From Halocafeteria seosinensis (lineage: Eukaryota), in the NCBI GenBank assembly GCA_001687465.1, contig LVLI01000170.1, forward strand, positions 1 through 64,000: a stretch of DNA of 64,000 bases. Direction: 5' to 3'. Made by a program: the position numbers and the translations under genes. The notes below the pieces were generated by a model. It was not told the origin of the DNA and did not search any database. It was given only the letters and a program-made list of their open reading frames with translations. Below, piece after piece: positions 27,361 to 40,391 of the stretch. The stretch's first letter is position 1. Each line of letters starts with the position of its first letter.

Positions 27361-27503
27361 CTTCCACCCTAATTAACCTAACTAGCTACTACACCGATGA
27401 ATGAGGAAGTAGGCCTGGGTGGAACTCTTGTTTGTGGTCAAAAGTGAACCTGAATGACTGTATTCAGCTTCAGCGTGTTTGAATGTTGAACGGGGTTCAC
27501 AAA

Positions 27504-27512
27504 AACTTCAAC
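27504..27512. promoter_or_regulatory. AACTTCAAC element upstream of PHAX
   Basis: AAACTTCAACTTGA about 144 nt upstream of ATG 27360. Confidence 0.5.
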
Positions 27513-27639
27513 TTGAGGTGGAATTGGAATCCAATCATGGTTGCAGTGTGACATTACTTAATTTTTAATATTTCCGTCGAAAACATCAAAACAAACCCTA
27601 TACGAAGCAAAAAAAAAAAAAAACGCCTTATGATGTCGG

Positions 27640-30600
27640 CTAAGCTTGCCCATCACGCAACCGTTTCAGCATTAGGTTATGGATGGCCTGGTGCGGATCA
27701 CTAGAAGCAAGATCACTAGCTTGCTGCGGTTCATCACGTTTGTCGGTGGAGTTCGTCTGCGAAGTGAATTCAGTGCCTAGCTGCTCACTGTATTTCCGAG
27801 CCATGTCCACTGCGGTCAGACCCGATGAGTCTTCCTCGGTTAGTCGGGCGCCGTTCTGCAGCAGAAACTCTACAGTGGCAATACTGCCACCATATACCGC
27901 GGCGTGTAGAACAGACCATCTGCAATTAAGCGACTCAGATTTAACCTTAGCACTCTCATTACAATCGCCTACAAAGTACAAGTAGCGTTCAGAGGGCTCT
28001 AGTTTCCAGTTAACGTCCGCACCCAGCGCCATACACAGCTGAACAAGTTCAATCCTACCGAACGCAGCACACATGAATAATACAGAAGAGCACGTCTCCG
28101 CAAATGAAGACTCCGACGAGGCGGCGGATTCATTCTCTGATGTCGTAAGAGTATCTGTTTCGTATGAAAGTTCCAATTTATTTAGGAGTTCTTTCGCGGT
28201 ATACTGAGGCAGAAACCCTTTCCACTCGTACTTCGCTCGGATCCATTTTTCCAGTTCCTTGTGTTCCGACTTGTGCGTAGGTTTCTCCCATCCATATGGT
28301 ATCTGACATTCCCAAACAAAATTTGATAGATCATTGCCCAAGTTTTGCAGCACCGAGACGGAAGAAAGTTCCCAAGTATCTAAAGTTAAACTCTTGATCT
28401 TCGATATATGAGTGCCCAAAGAGCGATGCAGGCCTGAGCACCGAAGGCACAGCAAGACTCCCAAGTTTACACTAGCCCAGTCCGGTATTTCCGCATTACA
28501 ATCTGCGCAGTGGGGATTTTTATCCTGCACTGCTCTAATAATAGGGTCATATGCGGTATTGCCTACTCCCAGACTAGTATCACCACCATAGCCGCCCGAA
28601 CCACCAATCACGCCTGCTGTAGGCGAGGTATTCTTATTTCCGCTGAGCAAAAGAGACTCTGCATGTTTACGCAGCACTTGCACCCATTCCCGCTGATCTG
28701 AGCGGGAGAACGCCTGTAGCAGATATGGCCGTCTCTGAGGAGTTTGGATCTCAAAAACATAGGGCCTAACAGACCTGCTCATAGTCGAGCCACCAACTGC
28801 TTGGCTCCCAGCTTGGCTGACAGCGATTCCCACGCCTCGGGTCCTCGTGCTGTCGTTGCTGTCCCCCGTACCCGTTAGCTCTCTTATGTTGGCGACAACT
28901 AGTTCACATATCAGTTGGGGACTAACGTCATGAGGCCCACGCAGGTACCATAGTTTTCCATCTCGAACGTAGAACCACCTCCGTTGCCATTGGGCCAGCA
29001 TTCCGCTGCTCTGCTTCCATAAATACCCTGATTTAACAATGCCATGGGCACCATCTTCCTTAGTGCACTCATCACCACTATCTCCGTCTGAGAATGACTT
29101 AGGTCTTACAAGGTTAGTACTCGCTTGTGATTTCTTGCTACTGTCTTTGGCTATCTGAACGAGGGTGGGTGACACAGCTTCAGACTTTTGTTGCTCCAAC
29201 GAAGCCAGTTTTGCCATAGGAGAAGCAACGGGCTCCGTCTGACCAAGGCGCGTCTCACGTAGCTCGCTTTCTAATTTCTTCATTGTTTGCGAAGATATGC
29301 CATAGATTGTATCCAGAGGCGAATGTGGATCTGCATTGTTGGCAGAACGATAGTGAAGTAATAAACAGATGGATACCATGGTACTAGAATCGCCCAAAGC
29401 AACCTACCCTCGTCATTAGCCTCAAATTGCTGGATCAAGCCCATTCCTGCAGCTCCAGACGGTAGCGCATTGCAAGTCTTCGCGAGCTCCTGCTGAAATT
29501 CCGAGCCTAGTCTCTGCCAAATATCGCTAACCTGTCCCTGAACGTCTAAAGTGTGCTTCACCGCAAGCTGGAGCCCACGAACACCCTCTGAGACTTTGTT
29601 CAAATAGCTACTGCAATGATCAAAGTACGCTCGAGTAGCGTACAGACAACCGCACGTGGCATCAACGAAAGAGCTTCTCTTCTCCAACTCGCATAAGTGG
29701 AATTTGCGAACAACCTCGAATCGCGCTATTTCGGATTTCCGTAACGCACTAATCGCGTCCGAAAGTCGCGAATCTAGTGAGCTCGTACTACTTTTACCTT
29801 TGTTCGCCGATTCCTCAGAATCGTCTACGGTATTTTCGCATTCAGCTTGCTTTGACGCTTTGGAACTGCTTCCTTCTTTCTTGTCTCTCAACCACTTCAC
29901 ACCTCTAGCCAAAGCTCCTTTAGCCGTTGACTGGAGGTCACTAGCAGCAAAACTGGGTGATGCATCACTATCGGAGTCCCCTTGGTTCCCCCTCTTGATG
30001 CTCAGTACACGGTTCAAAGCATTCTCTGCCTCAACCCGTGCGGAATCTGCGTTTTGTCTCGCCGAAAACACAGGCTCTAAATAGCTCTTCTGATACTGGT
30101 CAAGTTTATCTATGAACGACCCTTGGAACGAAAGCAACATAACTTCTTGATAAGATTGGATCTCATTTACAACTTTAGCCAGTATATCCAGGGAATGGTG
30201 CAGCGTTGGTACACTGGCACACCAGGATCTATACCGACATTGCTGCAAATACGTAGCTAGATTCTCCCCCGCATTCCGGAATTCTTGGCCTCGGTCGATG
30301 TACTTGTTCATCAGTTTCGTTGCTTCTTTCACAAATGTCTGTAGCTCAGCAAGCCTCGATTCGATATACATTTCTTGCGACTGCATTTCCTCCCATACGA
30401 GTATACCACATGCTAGGAAAGACAACACAGCAACGCAGGAACTCTCCATTCACTCACATGTACGAACGGATTATCAGGCCCAAACTGCATCGGTTGATGG
30501 TCTTTGAGTAGTCCTTCTCTATAGGCTGCACAGAAACAACTTTTTTTGTGTATCTCACAGGATTGAAGATTTTGGACAACGATTTATATTACATACTTCG

Positions 30601-31074
30601 TTTGTGACGTTCTGGCGTGGGGCTTCCAGGTTCCTGATTATCGCTTTGATTCTTATTGGTGGTCTCTGTATCGGATTCTTCCAACGACGAGTACTCTAGT
30701 TGCTGATCATCGTCGTGGTTGTCCACATCGGCAAATCTACCAAAGGCCTGCTGGTGCTGTTGCATCTCTCGCAGTTCACTCTTGAGACTCTCTTTCTCAT
30801 GTTGTACTTGGTCAACTTCCACCCTCAGCCGTTCCTCGGCAGATTTGTGATGGGATAGCTTCGTGGAGAGACTTTTGTTTTCATTCTCCAGACTCTGAAT
30901 TTGTTCCTTTAGTCGGTCCACTTCTGACTGGGACGACTCGGCGGCTTCCAGCTCACGTATCCTCTCGTTTGCGCGGAGGACCTCATTGGAAAGTCGTTCG
31001 AGTTGCTCCCGTAGATGTTTGTTTTCCGCCTTGGCGCCTCCTCCGTTGTTGGTCCCTCCTCCTGCGTTGCTCAT
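27640..31074 (-). CDS. ACAP/centaurin-beta-type ArfGAP (coiled coil-BAR-PH-ArfGAP-ankyrin), multi-exon
   Basis: Helical BAR-like region, PH (KSGYLWKQSSGMLAQWQRRWF), ArfGAP zinc finger (CADCNAEIPDWASVNLGVLLCLRCSGLHRSLG), ankyrin repeats (LHAAVYGGSIATVEFLLQNGA). Confidence 0.92.
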
Positions 31075-31203
31075 CGTCCGCTTTTTCCCAAGTCAGCACA
31101 GACCATGAATAGACTCTAGGAGCGGTAACACTTGTCGATTTGTCTACAAAACCGCGGCAAACAAGCTTTGAGCGGCATCGTGAATCATGTCGTGATGGAG
31201 CCC

Positions 31204-31212
31204 AACTTCAAC
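31204..31212. promoter_or_regulatory. AACTTCAAC element at the centre of the ACAP/uL15m bidirectional promoter
   Basis: About 130 nt from ATG 31074 (-) and about 138 nt from ATG 31350 (+). Confidence 0.55.
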
Positions 31213-31349
31213 ATCACAAGTGAAAGGAATGATAGTCGCCTTTCAAGCCAAAATTGAGTGTGGTATGGCATGGAATGGATGGACAGTGTGACAGCGCGAG
31301 AGTGATTTTTTTGTTGTCTTTGTCTGTCGCTAGGGGTTAGTTTCAACTG

Positions 31350-32342
31350 ATGGCAACGTTGATAGTGATGAATAGTTCGAGGAGACTCTTCCTCGGACAG
31401 AGGTCCGTCACCGTCACAAAGAGGCCACCATTGTATGGGTTGTCTACGGTCTTTTCTAGTCCTTTTACGTCCACTTCAACGCATTTCCAGCAAAGGGGAC
31501 AAAATACACAAGGGTCCCACTTGGCCCTGAACACGCTCCGGGACAACCCAGGTGCTAGAAAGAAGAGAAAACGAGTCGGGCGAGGCCCAGGAAGTGGCTC
31601 TGGTAAAACAGCAGGAAGAGGACATAAAGGCACGTATGCGCGATCAGGAGGCTCTGTACCTCCCGGTTTCGAGGGTGGCCAAACACCAATACAAAGACAG
31701 CTTCCCAAATCGGGGTTCACGAATAAAAAGTAAGTTTGGGTATTGAGCCTGGAACTCAGGGGAGACCGACACCAACTGTTTAAATGATACAGGTTTAGGA
31801 AGGAGTATGAGACACTCAACCTCGACAAACTACAGCTATGGATTGACTCCGGTAGGATAGATCCCTCACAGAAAATTACGGTCAAGACCCTGTGGGATTC
31901 AGGTATCATGGGAAGGGACGTAAAGAACGGGGTAAAGTTGTTGGGCAAGGTATGATTTCGCTAGTGAATTATATTCTGATTACACAAGAACCAAGCGGTT
32001 GTTGTTGGGGTTGTCTATATTCAGGGCTCTGAAAATTTTGCCTCCAAAGTAGATATTGTTGTTAATCAAGCATCGAGCAGCGCCATCAACGCAATTGAAA
32101 ATAATGGGGGTAACGTCGTTGCAAAATACTACTCACCTCTTTCTCTTAGGGCTCTGCTGAAACCATGGAAGTTTGATACACTTCCGCGAGAAGCCAGACC
32201 TAAAGCAAAAGAAATGAAGTACTATACGGATCCAGAAAAACGAGGATACTTATCTCAGTATATTCAGTTGAAACAATTAAAGCGGAGTGCCGAGGCTGGT
32301 GACACACATTCGATCATGCATCAGTTCGATGATAGGGAATGA
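31350..32342 (+). CDS. MRPL15: Mitochondrial ribosomal protein uL15m, 3 exons
   Basis: Presequence-like N-terminus, [35 protein letters not shown]...[30 protein letters not shown]. Confidence 0.95.
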
Positions 32343-32446
32343 TATAAAACCTGTGCGTGTGATGATCGTATTTGGCATAGGCAGCCTGCGGCTTGAGTGA
32401 ACTCAAATAAAACAATTTAATTTTTGTACGCTACAGCTTAATCGCT

Positions 32447-35400
32447 TCAACCCTCCTGCTCTTTACCTTCCTCCTCCGGAAACTTTGAGTCCTCGTTCTC
32501 GAAGCTAGGCTCCTCTTGGGTTCGATATGTCTCGCCTTCTAAAGTAGCATCGTCTACCAGCACCTGGAAGCCCAGCGCTTCATCAAGTGCAAATGCTCGT
32601 TGGAATTCATCCTCATAGGACAATCGCTGATCTTCATCCTCCCATTTGCGTCTGTACACGAACTTACACTGACTGAGGAGATCACCAATAGGCCGCTTCA
32701 GCAAAATACCACTAGTCACTGTGCGAGGGGCACTACTAGATGCACTTTGAACCTCGAGCGACAGTATTCGCTGCTGCGGGGAAGTAACTGGAAGCATACC
32801 CTCGCGAAGCGTACCAGCTTGGCTGTTTGCCAAGCTATTTTTGAGCCACTGCTCTGGAGCGGTCGAGTCGCCAATGACCTTGGCCGCCACCTTGTAGGTG
32901 CTGGCATTCTCGGATCCAACATTTTCAGACCACTTTATGGTATCGCCAAGTACGATATCATTTGGACTATTGCACATTATATCAAAACTAGGGATCTCGG
33001 TTCTCCCAGATGAATCCTTAGAAATTACTATAGTTTCCTGACTAGGGGCAGACGCAACTCCCGCAACATTCAGAGCCCGTATTCGCATTCGATATACGGT
33101 TCTAGCTGACAACGATACAACGATGCATTGCTGAGATGTTGCTGTTTGCACGTGAGTCCAGTTTAGACTTTCCGACGGTACGTTGAAATTGTGAGACGCG
33201 TGCGTGTACCCTTCTCTCAAGCTCCGGAGATTCGTCTCATCATCATCTGCACCTCGAGGTGGAAGAGCCTGGAGAATGGCTGCCTCGACGACATACTTTG
33301 AAGCACCGCCTTCCCCCACATACCACCTCAGCCAAACCGATCGAGCCTTCGTCTCCAGCACACAAGGTGCTGATGGAGCCAACGGTGGAGTAAAAACGGG
33401 CAATGGTGGACACCACTTCGCGGATGGACCGTGTCCGATCGCTCGCAAACGATAAAAATATAGAGTGTTTGGGAGGAGAGAAGTCTCCTGCAACGTAGTC
33501 CCCTTCCCACGGTATACACAAGAATTCATCGCCAACGCTTCGTAGGCAGAGACAGTACCACCCACTCGTTCCATGGATTCACCAGGGTGGCGGCGATCGT
33601 GTTCTTTCTGGGTGTAGTTGAGGTGTTTCTTGACAGTGCTAGTGGTAAGTTGAGACGCGTTTGCATCCCTTTTACCAGCATCGGATCCTGATCCCACGTC
33701 AACATCGCTTGAAAGAATTCGGTTTAAGCGCATTACGGCCTCCGTTAGTGTAACGGCCCATCCGCGTATTCCCCTGCTACGCCGCACTTCGAACACAATG
33801 TCTGTGAAAGATCGCTCCCTCCACCATTCATAAAAGCTGTCAAAGTCTACCGTTCGATTTACTTCCAGTAAGGGACTAAGTTCCCAGGGACGGTCACTGT
33901 TTGACTGTCCCTTCCTAAGTTGCTTGATTGTGTCAACTAAGATATCTTCCGATTCAAGCAGATCCGTGCACCCAATATCTCTCAGTAAACAGCAAAAACT
34001 TGCTATACTCATCCTCCCTTCTTGCTGGTGATCGTAGCTATCCCAGAGACGACGCAAAGAGACACCTAAACCCCCGTCAGCTTTGGTGTTAGCAGTGGAG
34101 TTTCGCGTCGCCCCAATCGCTCCTGGAGGATCAGCAGACGCCCAAGCAGCAAGCAGCTTGCCTGTTTGCAACTTTCTTGCAGAACGGAAGTCTGTATCCA
34201 TCGCCATTTTCGAGCCAATAGAGTGTCTTCCCATCCTCTCGGCGGCATTTTTGCGCCGGGCTGTATCTTCGTTCTCCCCTTGTTCACCTCCCAAGGACAT
34301 ACCCATGCTCATACTCTCCTCAGACATTAAACTATCTTCCGTGTCAACTGCGGCATGAGACTTGCCCAACTGGGTGAGTTGAATCCTGTTCCATCTCAAA
34401 GTTACTGTACATGCTTGCATCAGAGTCAACATAACAACATCTCTAGTCGTTCCCAACGGACGTTGAGGTCCCGGTGACTGTAATGACAGCGTAGGTGGCG
34501 GGAGAGTTTTTATTGGGGTGGTAAAATACAGTGGCGGCGACAATTCCGACGCAATACCGTCTGCATTTACGGCCTGAACCCGAACCAGGTATGTCGTAGC
34601 ATGATCTAGCTGCTTGAGCTTCCTGGTAACAGACTTGCCGACAAATACCTCTTCGTATTCAGGGTAGTCCGAGTCATTAGACATCGAGTAGTTGTCTTTG
34701 ATAGCAAGCATTAAACTGTACTTGATGTCGACCCCGTCGATGATCCCACTTGAGTCCTCGCGATCTTTGATAGTCCGTATGCCTGATGACCGCTTATTGT
34801 GACTTGCTGTGGAACTGACACAGCCAACAGGATCTATGCGTTTGAGAGCATTGAGGGTGTTATCCGCTTGTTCAAAATATCGAAAGCTATTACTGTCATA
34901 CGCAAAATGTCGAACTTGGCGAGGAAGACAAAGTGCCAATAACTCGGAACTATCATCAGGCGCAGGTACTAAGCAATAGGTACAGCATGCTGATTCTAAC
35001 ACAGGACCAAGCTCCCTATCCGCCTGCTCTCCGTTGACAGTCACTGTTCCCTCCTTGTAAGCTAATTTGCTGGAGAACACCGGGGTCAAAGCATCCTCCG
35101 TAGAAGGCGAATTCTTGGTAGAGCTGCCGGGCCCACTCCTTAGGTCGATCTCAGTATCCATCAGGGAAGATGAAAAAGCATACTTTCCGAAAAGGAAACA
35201 AATTTCGCCCCAGGTCACCCATTCTGGAACATTCTCAGATGCAATGTTGGCTATCTTCACAGCAGCATCTTGCGAAGAAGCAGTGTCCACAGATCCAGTT
35301 GCTGTTTCTTTACCAGTACCACCGTGCTTATCCCCATGGTTTGAAAAAGCTCTTGCATACCGACGAAGGAAGGCATCTTCCTCTGCTGCCGTTGCCCATG

Positions 35401-38369
35401 CTGCGTCTTCCATAGCGGTGAAAATCGTTGATGGAAGATTCTGCAGGCCATTATCAAAGTCTGCCTTATCATGGGTAGGATTACATCCCTGGAGACTCAT
35501 TACTCGTCTTCTAAGTTCGTTTTGTAAGACACCCCAAGCAAAATAGCGGATCGCATTTGCCGATACGGGCCACTCCTGGAGCCAGCTTCTTAAAGCGTGG
35601 TCATGCTTTATTGCAGTCATGAGCTGCTTCCGTGGCACAGCCTCAAGGAAAGGGTTCCCGGAAATATACACTTGCTTACTATGCTGCTTCAATCCTTCGT
35701 ACACAATCTGGAATACTCTCCGTAGGTTTCTAAAATTACGTCGAAATTCCCCATACAATGTCCAGGTAAGCGAAACCAACTGCGGGCTAGCGCTTACTGT
35801 TACGGGAGTAGGAGGTGGCAACGGGGCCGTAGTAAAGGAGGCAAATGTATAACCGGATGCGCCGTACTCGTTAAATGCTCTGATCCGATAGTGGTAGGTA
35901 GTGTTGGGAAGTAACCCGCGGATACACTCACTGTAGTTGGCATCCAAAAGTTGTTCACTATCGGATTGTGTTTCGGGGGTTGGGGGATCGACAAGAAGTA
36001 CTCTCCAGTTACCAGATTTTTGGGACTCTGATCCCTCTGCACCGCATGTTTCGACGACGAAGAAAGACGCGGGATTACTTCTATCGGGACACTGCCACCG
36101 AAGCAATAACTCAGCAGGACCGTGCGTGCAGCTCACTTTCGGTAGATCCAATCGAGGAAATGGTATGTCCGGCGAATAGCTTGATTCACCAGAATCAGCT
36201 TCAAGGTTTTCTAAGTGAGAAAAATTCGGCAAAGAATCGAAATGGATTTTGATAAAGTTCCGAATGCTCCTTTCCCCATTTTTGACGCGACACCTGACCT
36301 TATGCCTTTTTGGCAAAGTTTCTCCTTCAAGGTCTCGAAATATAAGGGGGGCACTTGGTGGCTGTCCCATTGCCCGGCGCTTTTCTTCCCGGAAAGATTG
36401 CCTGTCCTTGGAGGATAGTGTCAGTAGTGCTCGCAAGCCTTCGTCCCGTTTTTCGTCCGGCCATGTTTTGGAAGCGTCGTTGATGTTGGTAGGAGGAAGA
36501 GATTTCCATTTGGAAACGCACCTCCCCGGGGGAAATAAAGGTTTAGACCACTCCAAGAAATCCGACAGAAGTGTGTGGTCGATGGTTTTCAATGACCTGG
36601 CGACATTCGACCAAAATATTACGTGTTCTTTAGTAGGATGCAACACCACCTGCTGTCGACGAGCAGCGGCAGCTTGCCTCCTGGCTCTGTCCATCATCTC
36701 ACGAAGTTGCCGCTGATCTTGGGTTCCAGAACTTCCTTTACCCCCGCTTTGCAACAGAGCCAAAGCATCTGCTTCAGTTTGGAGCCTCATTGCGTCGATC
36801 TCTTCCTGAGTAACAACTGGCATTGCACTTAGACACTGTCTAGCCACTTCATTACGCTTCTTTCGCGAGGCCCACTTTCTGCGGTAAACAATCCGGTTGC
36901 AAGCTGTTGTATCGGAAGATACTTTCGAACGAGACGTACCCAAACTTCTCTTCTGCTTCCTCTTGTTTCGTTGATTTCTCCTTTAGGCGCTCTTGACGCA
37001 CAGGGTTTTTCTCCAATTCTTGCTTGAATTCCGCCTCTTTATCCTCATCAAAGTCTCCATCCGTGTCCCGAAAATTATATTTATACACATATCCTTTTTC
37101 TAGCAACTTCTTTCTAACATCTTCCAGTTCCCTGGAGCTTTGGGCGTGAACAAACGCAGTGTGCTTTCCTGTGTGGAAGAGCAAGAGCGGGCAGCCTCAT
37201 AAGGTGAACGGATACTCGCAGGTAAAAAATACGGAAACCTAAGCTCACCTAGATCTGGAGCGACATTAAGGATAGCATATTGGTTCTCATCATCTTGAGC
37301 AACCTCTTTCAATTTTTCTGTCACGTGAAAGGCGACGGTGAGGTTGCATTAGGGACCAGCAAGGAATAGTTACTCTACTTACTTTCGCCACGAGGAAGTT
37401 TGATGCGAAATCGCTCTTTATTTTCTACCCAGGCTTTATGCGCGTGTTTGCTTTCTTGCACTTTATTCTTTTCCTCCTCTTGCTTCTTCTTAGCCGCGCT
37501 AGCCTCATCCTCCCTGATCCAATCCAACATTCGCTTCAACCCCATTTTCTTCAGCTTTTCACCTATTTGTTCGTCCGACTTATCGCCAGTATCACCGAGG
37601 CGAGATGTCACTGTCTCGTGTGCTTTATTCCACGAAGCACTCAATTTTTTCATAAATAGTGCATTCTTTAGCTTCGAATCATTGTCTAGGGGAGGTGGCA
37701 GTTTGCCCGATTCATCCGCTTCTGGCGGAAAAACATAACCCAGTACAGGAATGTTGTACACTTTTTTCCCGTCTTCGGTGTGCTCAAACTCTTTTTCATC
37801 TTCCAGTGTTTCCAGAAATTCGGTAGAGAATTTAGACGAAGTGTTTTCGTCGATTTTGACATCCTGGAACGTCTTGTTATGTCTGCTCCAATTATAAAAG
37901 GTCTTCCTTAAAGAAGCCGCACGAACGGCACCCACTCTTTGTCGCAATTGATCAATTGCAGCAATGCTCACAGCCACTTCGAACCAAGCGTCATCATCTT
38001 GTGAACGATGTTTGGCCAGTTGAGGCAATGTCTGCAAATCCACGTATCAGACGACGTATGTACACGATACCAACCATGACAGCCGGGAGAAGAACTTACC
38101 TTCTGCGCTTTCTCTATTAAGTTCTTGGTAAACAACCATGTATGATAGGCGTGACTTCTGGATTCATCCCGTTCCTTTCGACTATCTTGCTCTGCCTGTT
38201 TCTTTTCCCAATATTGCCGTCTGCACCAAAAGTCGACAGCAAAAATGCTGGTTTGAACACAACACAAATAACCCGATGCATTTACTGTTTCCTTTGCTTA
38301 CCTCTGTCTATCCTCTTCAGCTTCTTTCTCCTCCAGCCACTCCTCGAACCCTTTACGATTGGCGTTCAT
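32447..38369 (-). CDS. Large multidomain protein (~1,900 aa): two PriCT-2-like domains, four FN3 domains, EF-hand-like pairs, C-terminal beta-rich domain
   Basis: Probable ATG 38369 (MNANRKGFEEWLEEKE) with short introns joining the 37968, 37375, 37100, 36852 and 32447 ORFs. FN3 motifs LLPNTTYHYRIRAFNEYG, LDHATTYLVRVQAVNADG, LLPNTLYFYRLRAIG, LSARTVYRMRIRALNVAG. EF-hand-like LWDSYDHQQEGRMSIASF. Confidence 0.8.
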
Positions 38370-38880
38370 TCTCTACACGAGCCAAACCTATAATCAACCT
38401 CTATTCATTTCTCCCAAATAATTGAACACGCTAACAATCCTGAGGACCCCATCGCATCTGTCATTCCACGAGGAAGGTGGATTCCTGCCGGAAGTACGGA
38501 TCGCGCGGCCGTTAAAGGCCGCTTCCACCATAACTTCAAGAAAACAAGGTTCCTTTAAGAATTTCCTTACTTCCTGTGGTACAATTGTATGCAGGATATG
38601 CTCTAAAATGTTAGATAAGTGACTGGGACAAATGAAAAAGTTAGTCTATTTCGGGTTCGAAGGGAGCCTCTTTTGGCTAATGTGCACTGGGAAAGTGGAA
38701 CCGCCAATCACCTGACAGCGAGAAAGGCATTCACATCGCAGTTCGTGGCCACCCTGACCAGCCATCACTTCTTTGGCAATTGATTTCAACTGCATTCACA
38801 TGCAATGTAACTGGTCTATAGTTCGCGATCAACGCAATCTGTACCTATGCGCTATTCACCAAGTGCACTTAAGGAATCTT

Positions 38881-38898
38881 CATCCATCCATCCATCCA
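38881..38898. repeat. (CATC)n microsatellite in a divergent intergenic region
   Basis: catccatccatccatcca. Confidence 0.6.
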
Positions 38899-39097
38899 TT
38901 TCATCAGCGCGTGATGGTACAAACGAGTAAAGGAAGTTGAACCTAAACCTAAACGCATCAATTGTTTTCTCCACCCATCAACGCACATGTGCTAGACTAG
39001 AGATTAAACTGAGTTTGAACAACATAGAAGAAGGATAAAGTGGATGTAATTGCACAGATAACCACTTCTTGTGACCCGTATTAGTGAGCAGGCAGCA

Positions 39098-40389
39098 ATG
39101 ATTCAGCAGGAAGGGGAGCATCGTGGGAAGACCACAGCAGCCAAGATGAAGACACGAGGTATTAAACCGCACAGAATTGTTGCTATGTACTCTGAGTACC
39201 GCGTAATTGTCTTACTCATTTGCTATAATTACTGCAGTCGGACGCTCCGCGTTCTATGTGTCCATCATTTCGTTCGTCACGCTGATGATAGGAATAGTAA
39301 GCGACGCTTCTTGTTTACGGGATCCACATGGAGATGCTACGCATTCCTACTCGACATCATTCAGGCCGCTTCCCAACAACATTCGCAGTCAAGGACAATG
39401 ACAATGGCTCCGGCAGGAATTCCTTTTCTTCACTTCCTAATTATTACTCCCTTCATTGGAATCGTATGTCCTAAACAACTCCTGTCTAGTGGTCGGCATC
39501 TCTCCGTCCATTTGTGTGCGATGTACTCACAGATAACATCTCTCTTTGGCGGAGCCATTTGGCTAAACAAATTGGTGCTACACCGTATGTGGTTCAACAG
39601 ATACATCGCGACAATGGTAATTGACATGGCATTTGGTACGTTGGGATAAAGATATCGATAAGGAACTTATCATCGGAGTCAAAATCAAACAGGTTGTTGG
39701 GGAACCGTGGCTGGAGGTATGGCCATTCACGAACGACGTTTATTCGCTTCTACGAACTCCTTTGATGGAGACCTAAAGACTCAAATGCTCGTCGGTACAA
39801 TAGCAATAGCGGTAAGCTGCTACATCGTATAGCAGAGAGCATTACTAAAAGGACGCCATGACAAACGCAGGTCCATAGTTTTATATGTGCAATATTCACT
39901 GTGTCCTTGATACAACATCGACGGATCCACGCACATGAAACAGGAGAGGCAGTGAGGTTTAGCGAAGGAAACAACACTTGTTGCCTCTGGTTTGCTGAAG
40001 ACATAAAAGCATTTATAGGGATCCAAGAAACACGCGAACCATATGCTTTGCCCGACCACGTGCACCGTGAGACAGACAGTCAAGGAACTGCGGACGAGCA
40101 GGTCTCCATCGTTCTAGACGACAATTCTAGCACGTATAGTCAGGAAAGCGAACAGTCAACAACTTCAGCGGTATCAAGCAAGACGGACAACTCTTCATTA
40201 GAGGAGAGACCGTCCAACGACTCACCCTCATCGCATCGCGTGTCGGAGACTGACCATACAGGAATCCGGATAATAGACGCACCTGAGAGCACGTACGCAG
40301 TTCCACCGCCTGATGGAATAACAGTAACATCTGAAAGAGAACAACAGTATTGTGCAGTAACGAGGCCTCCTACCCCACCATTAACGTGA
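39098..40389 (+). CDS. Uncharacterised ~4-TM membrane protein with Ser/Pro-rich C-terminal tail, multi-exon
   Basis: Successive GT-AG introns join hydrophobic segments (SAFYVSIISFVTLMIGI; FLHFLIITPFIGIITSLFGGAIW; IATMVIDMAFGCWGTVAGGM; MLVGTIAIAVHSFICAIFTVSLI). No family recognised. Confidence 0.65.
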
Positions 40390-40391
40390 AC

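Noticed and set aside
27609..27623. Poly(A) tracts (also ~5010-5095) as retroelement tails
   Set aside because: No target-site duplications or element body are visible; they look like ordinary UTR or promoter homopolymers.
36870..36943. VYRRKW occurring at both ends of the 1498-aa ORF
   Set aside because: The first occurrence is mostly intron (GTACGT...TTTACCGCAG), so the match is coincidental.
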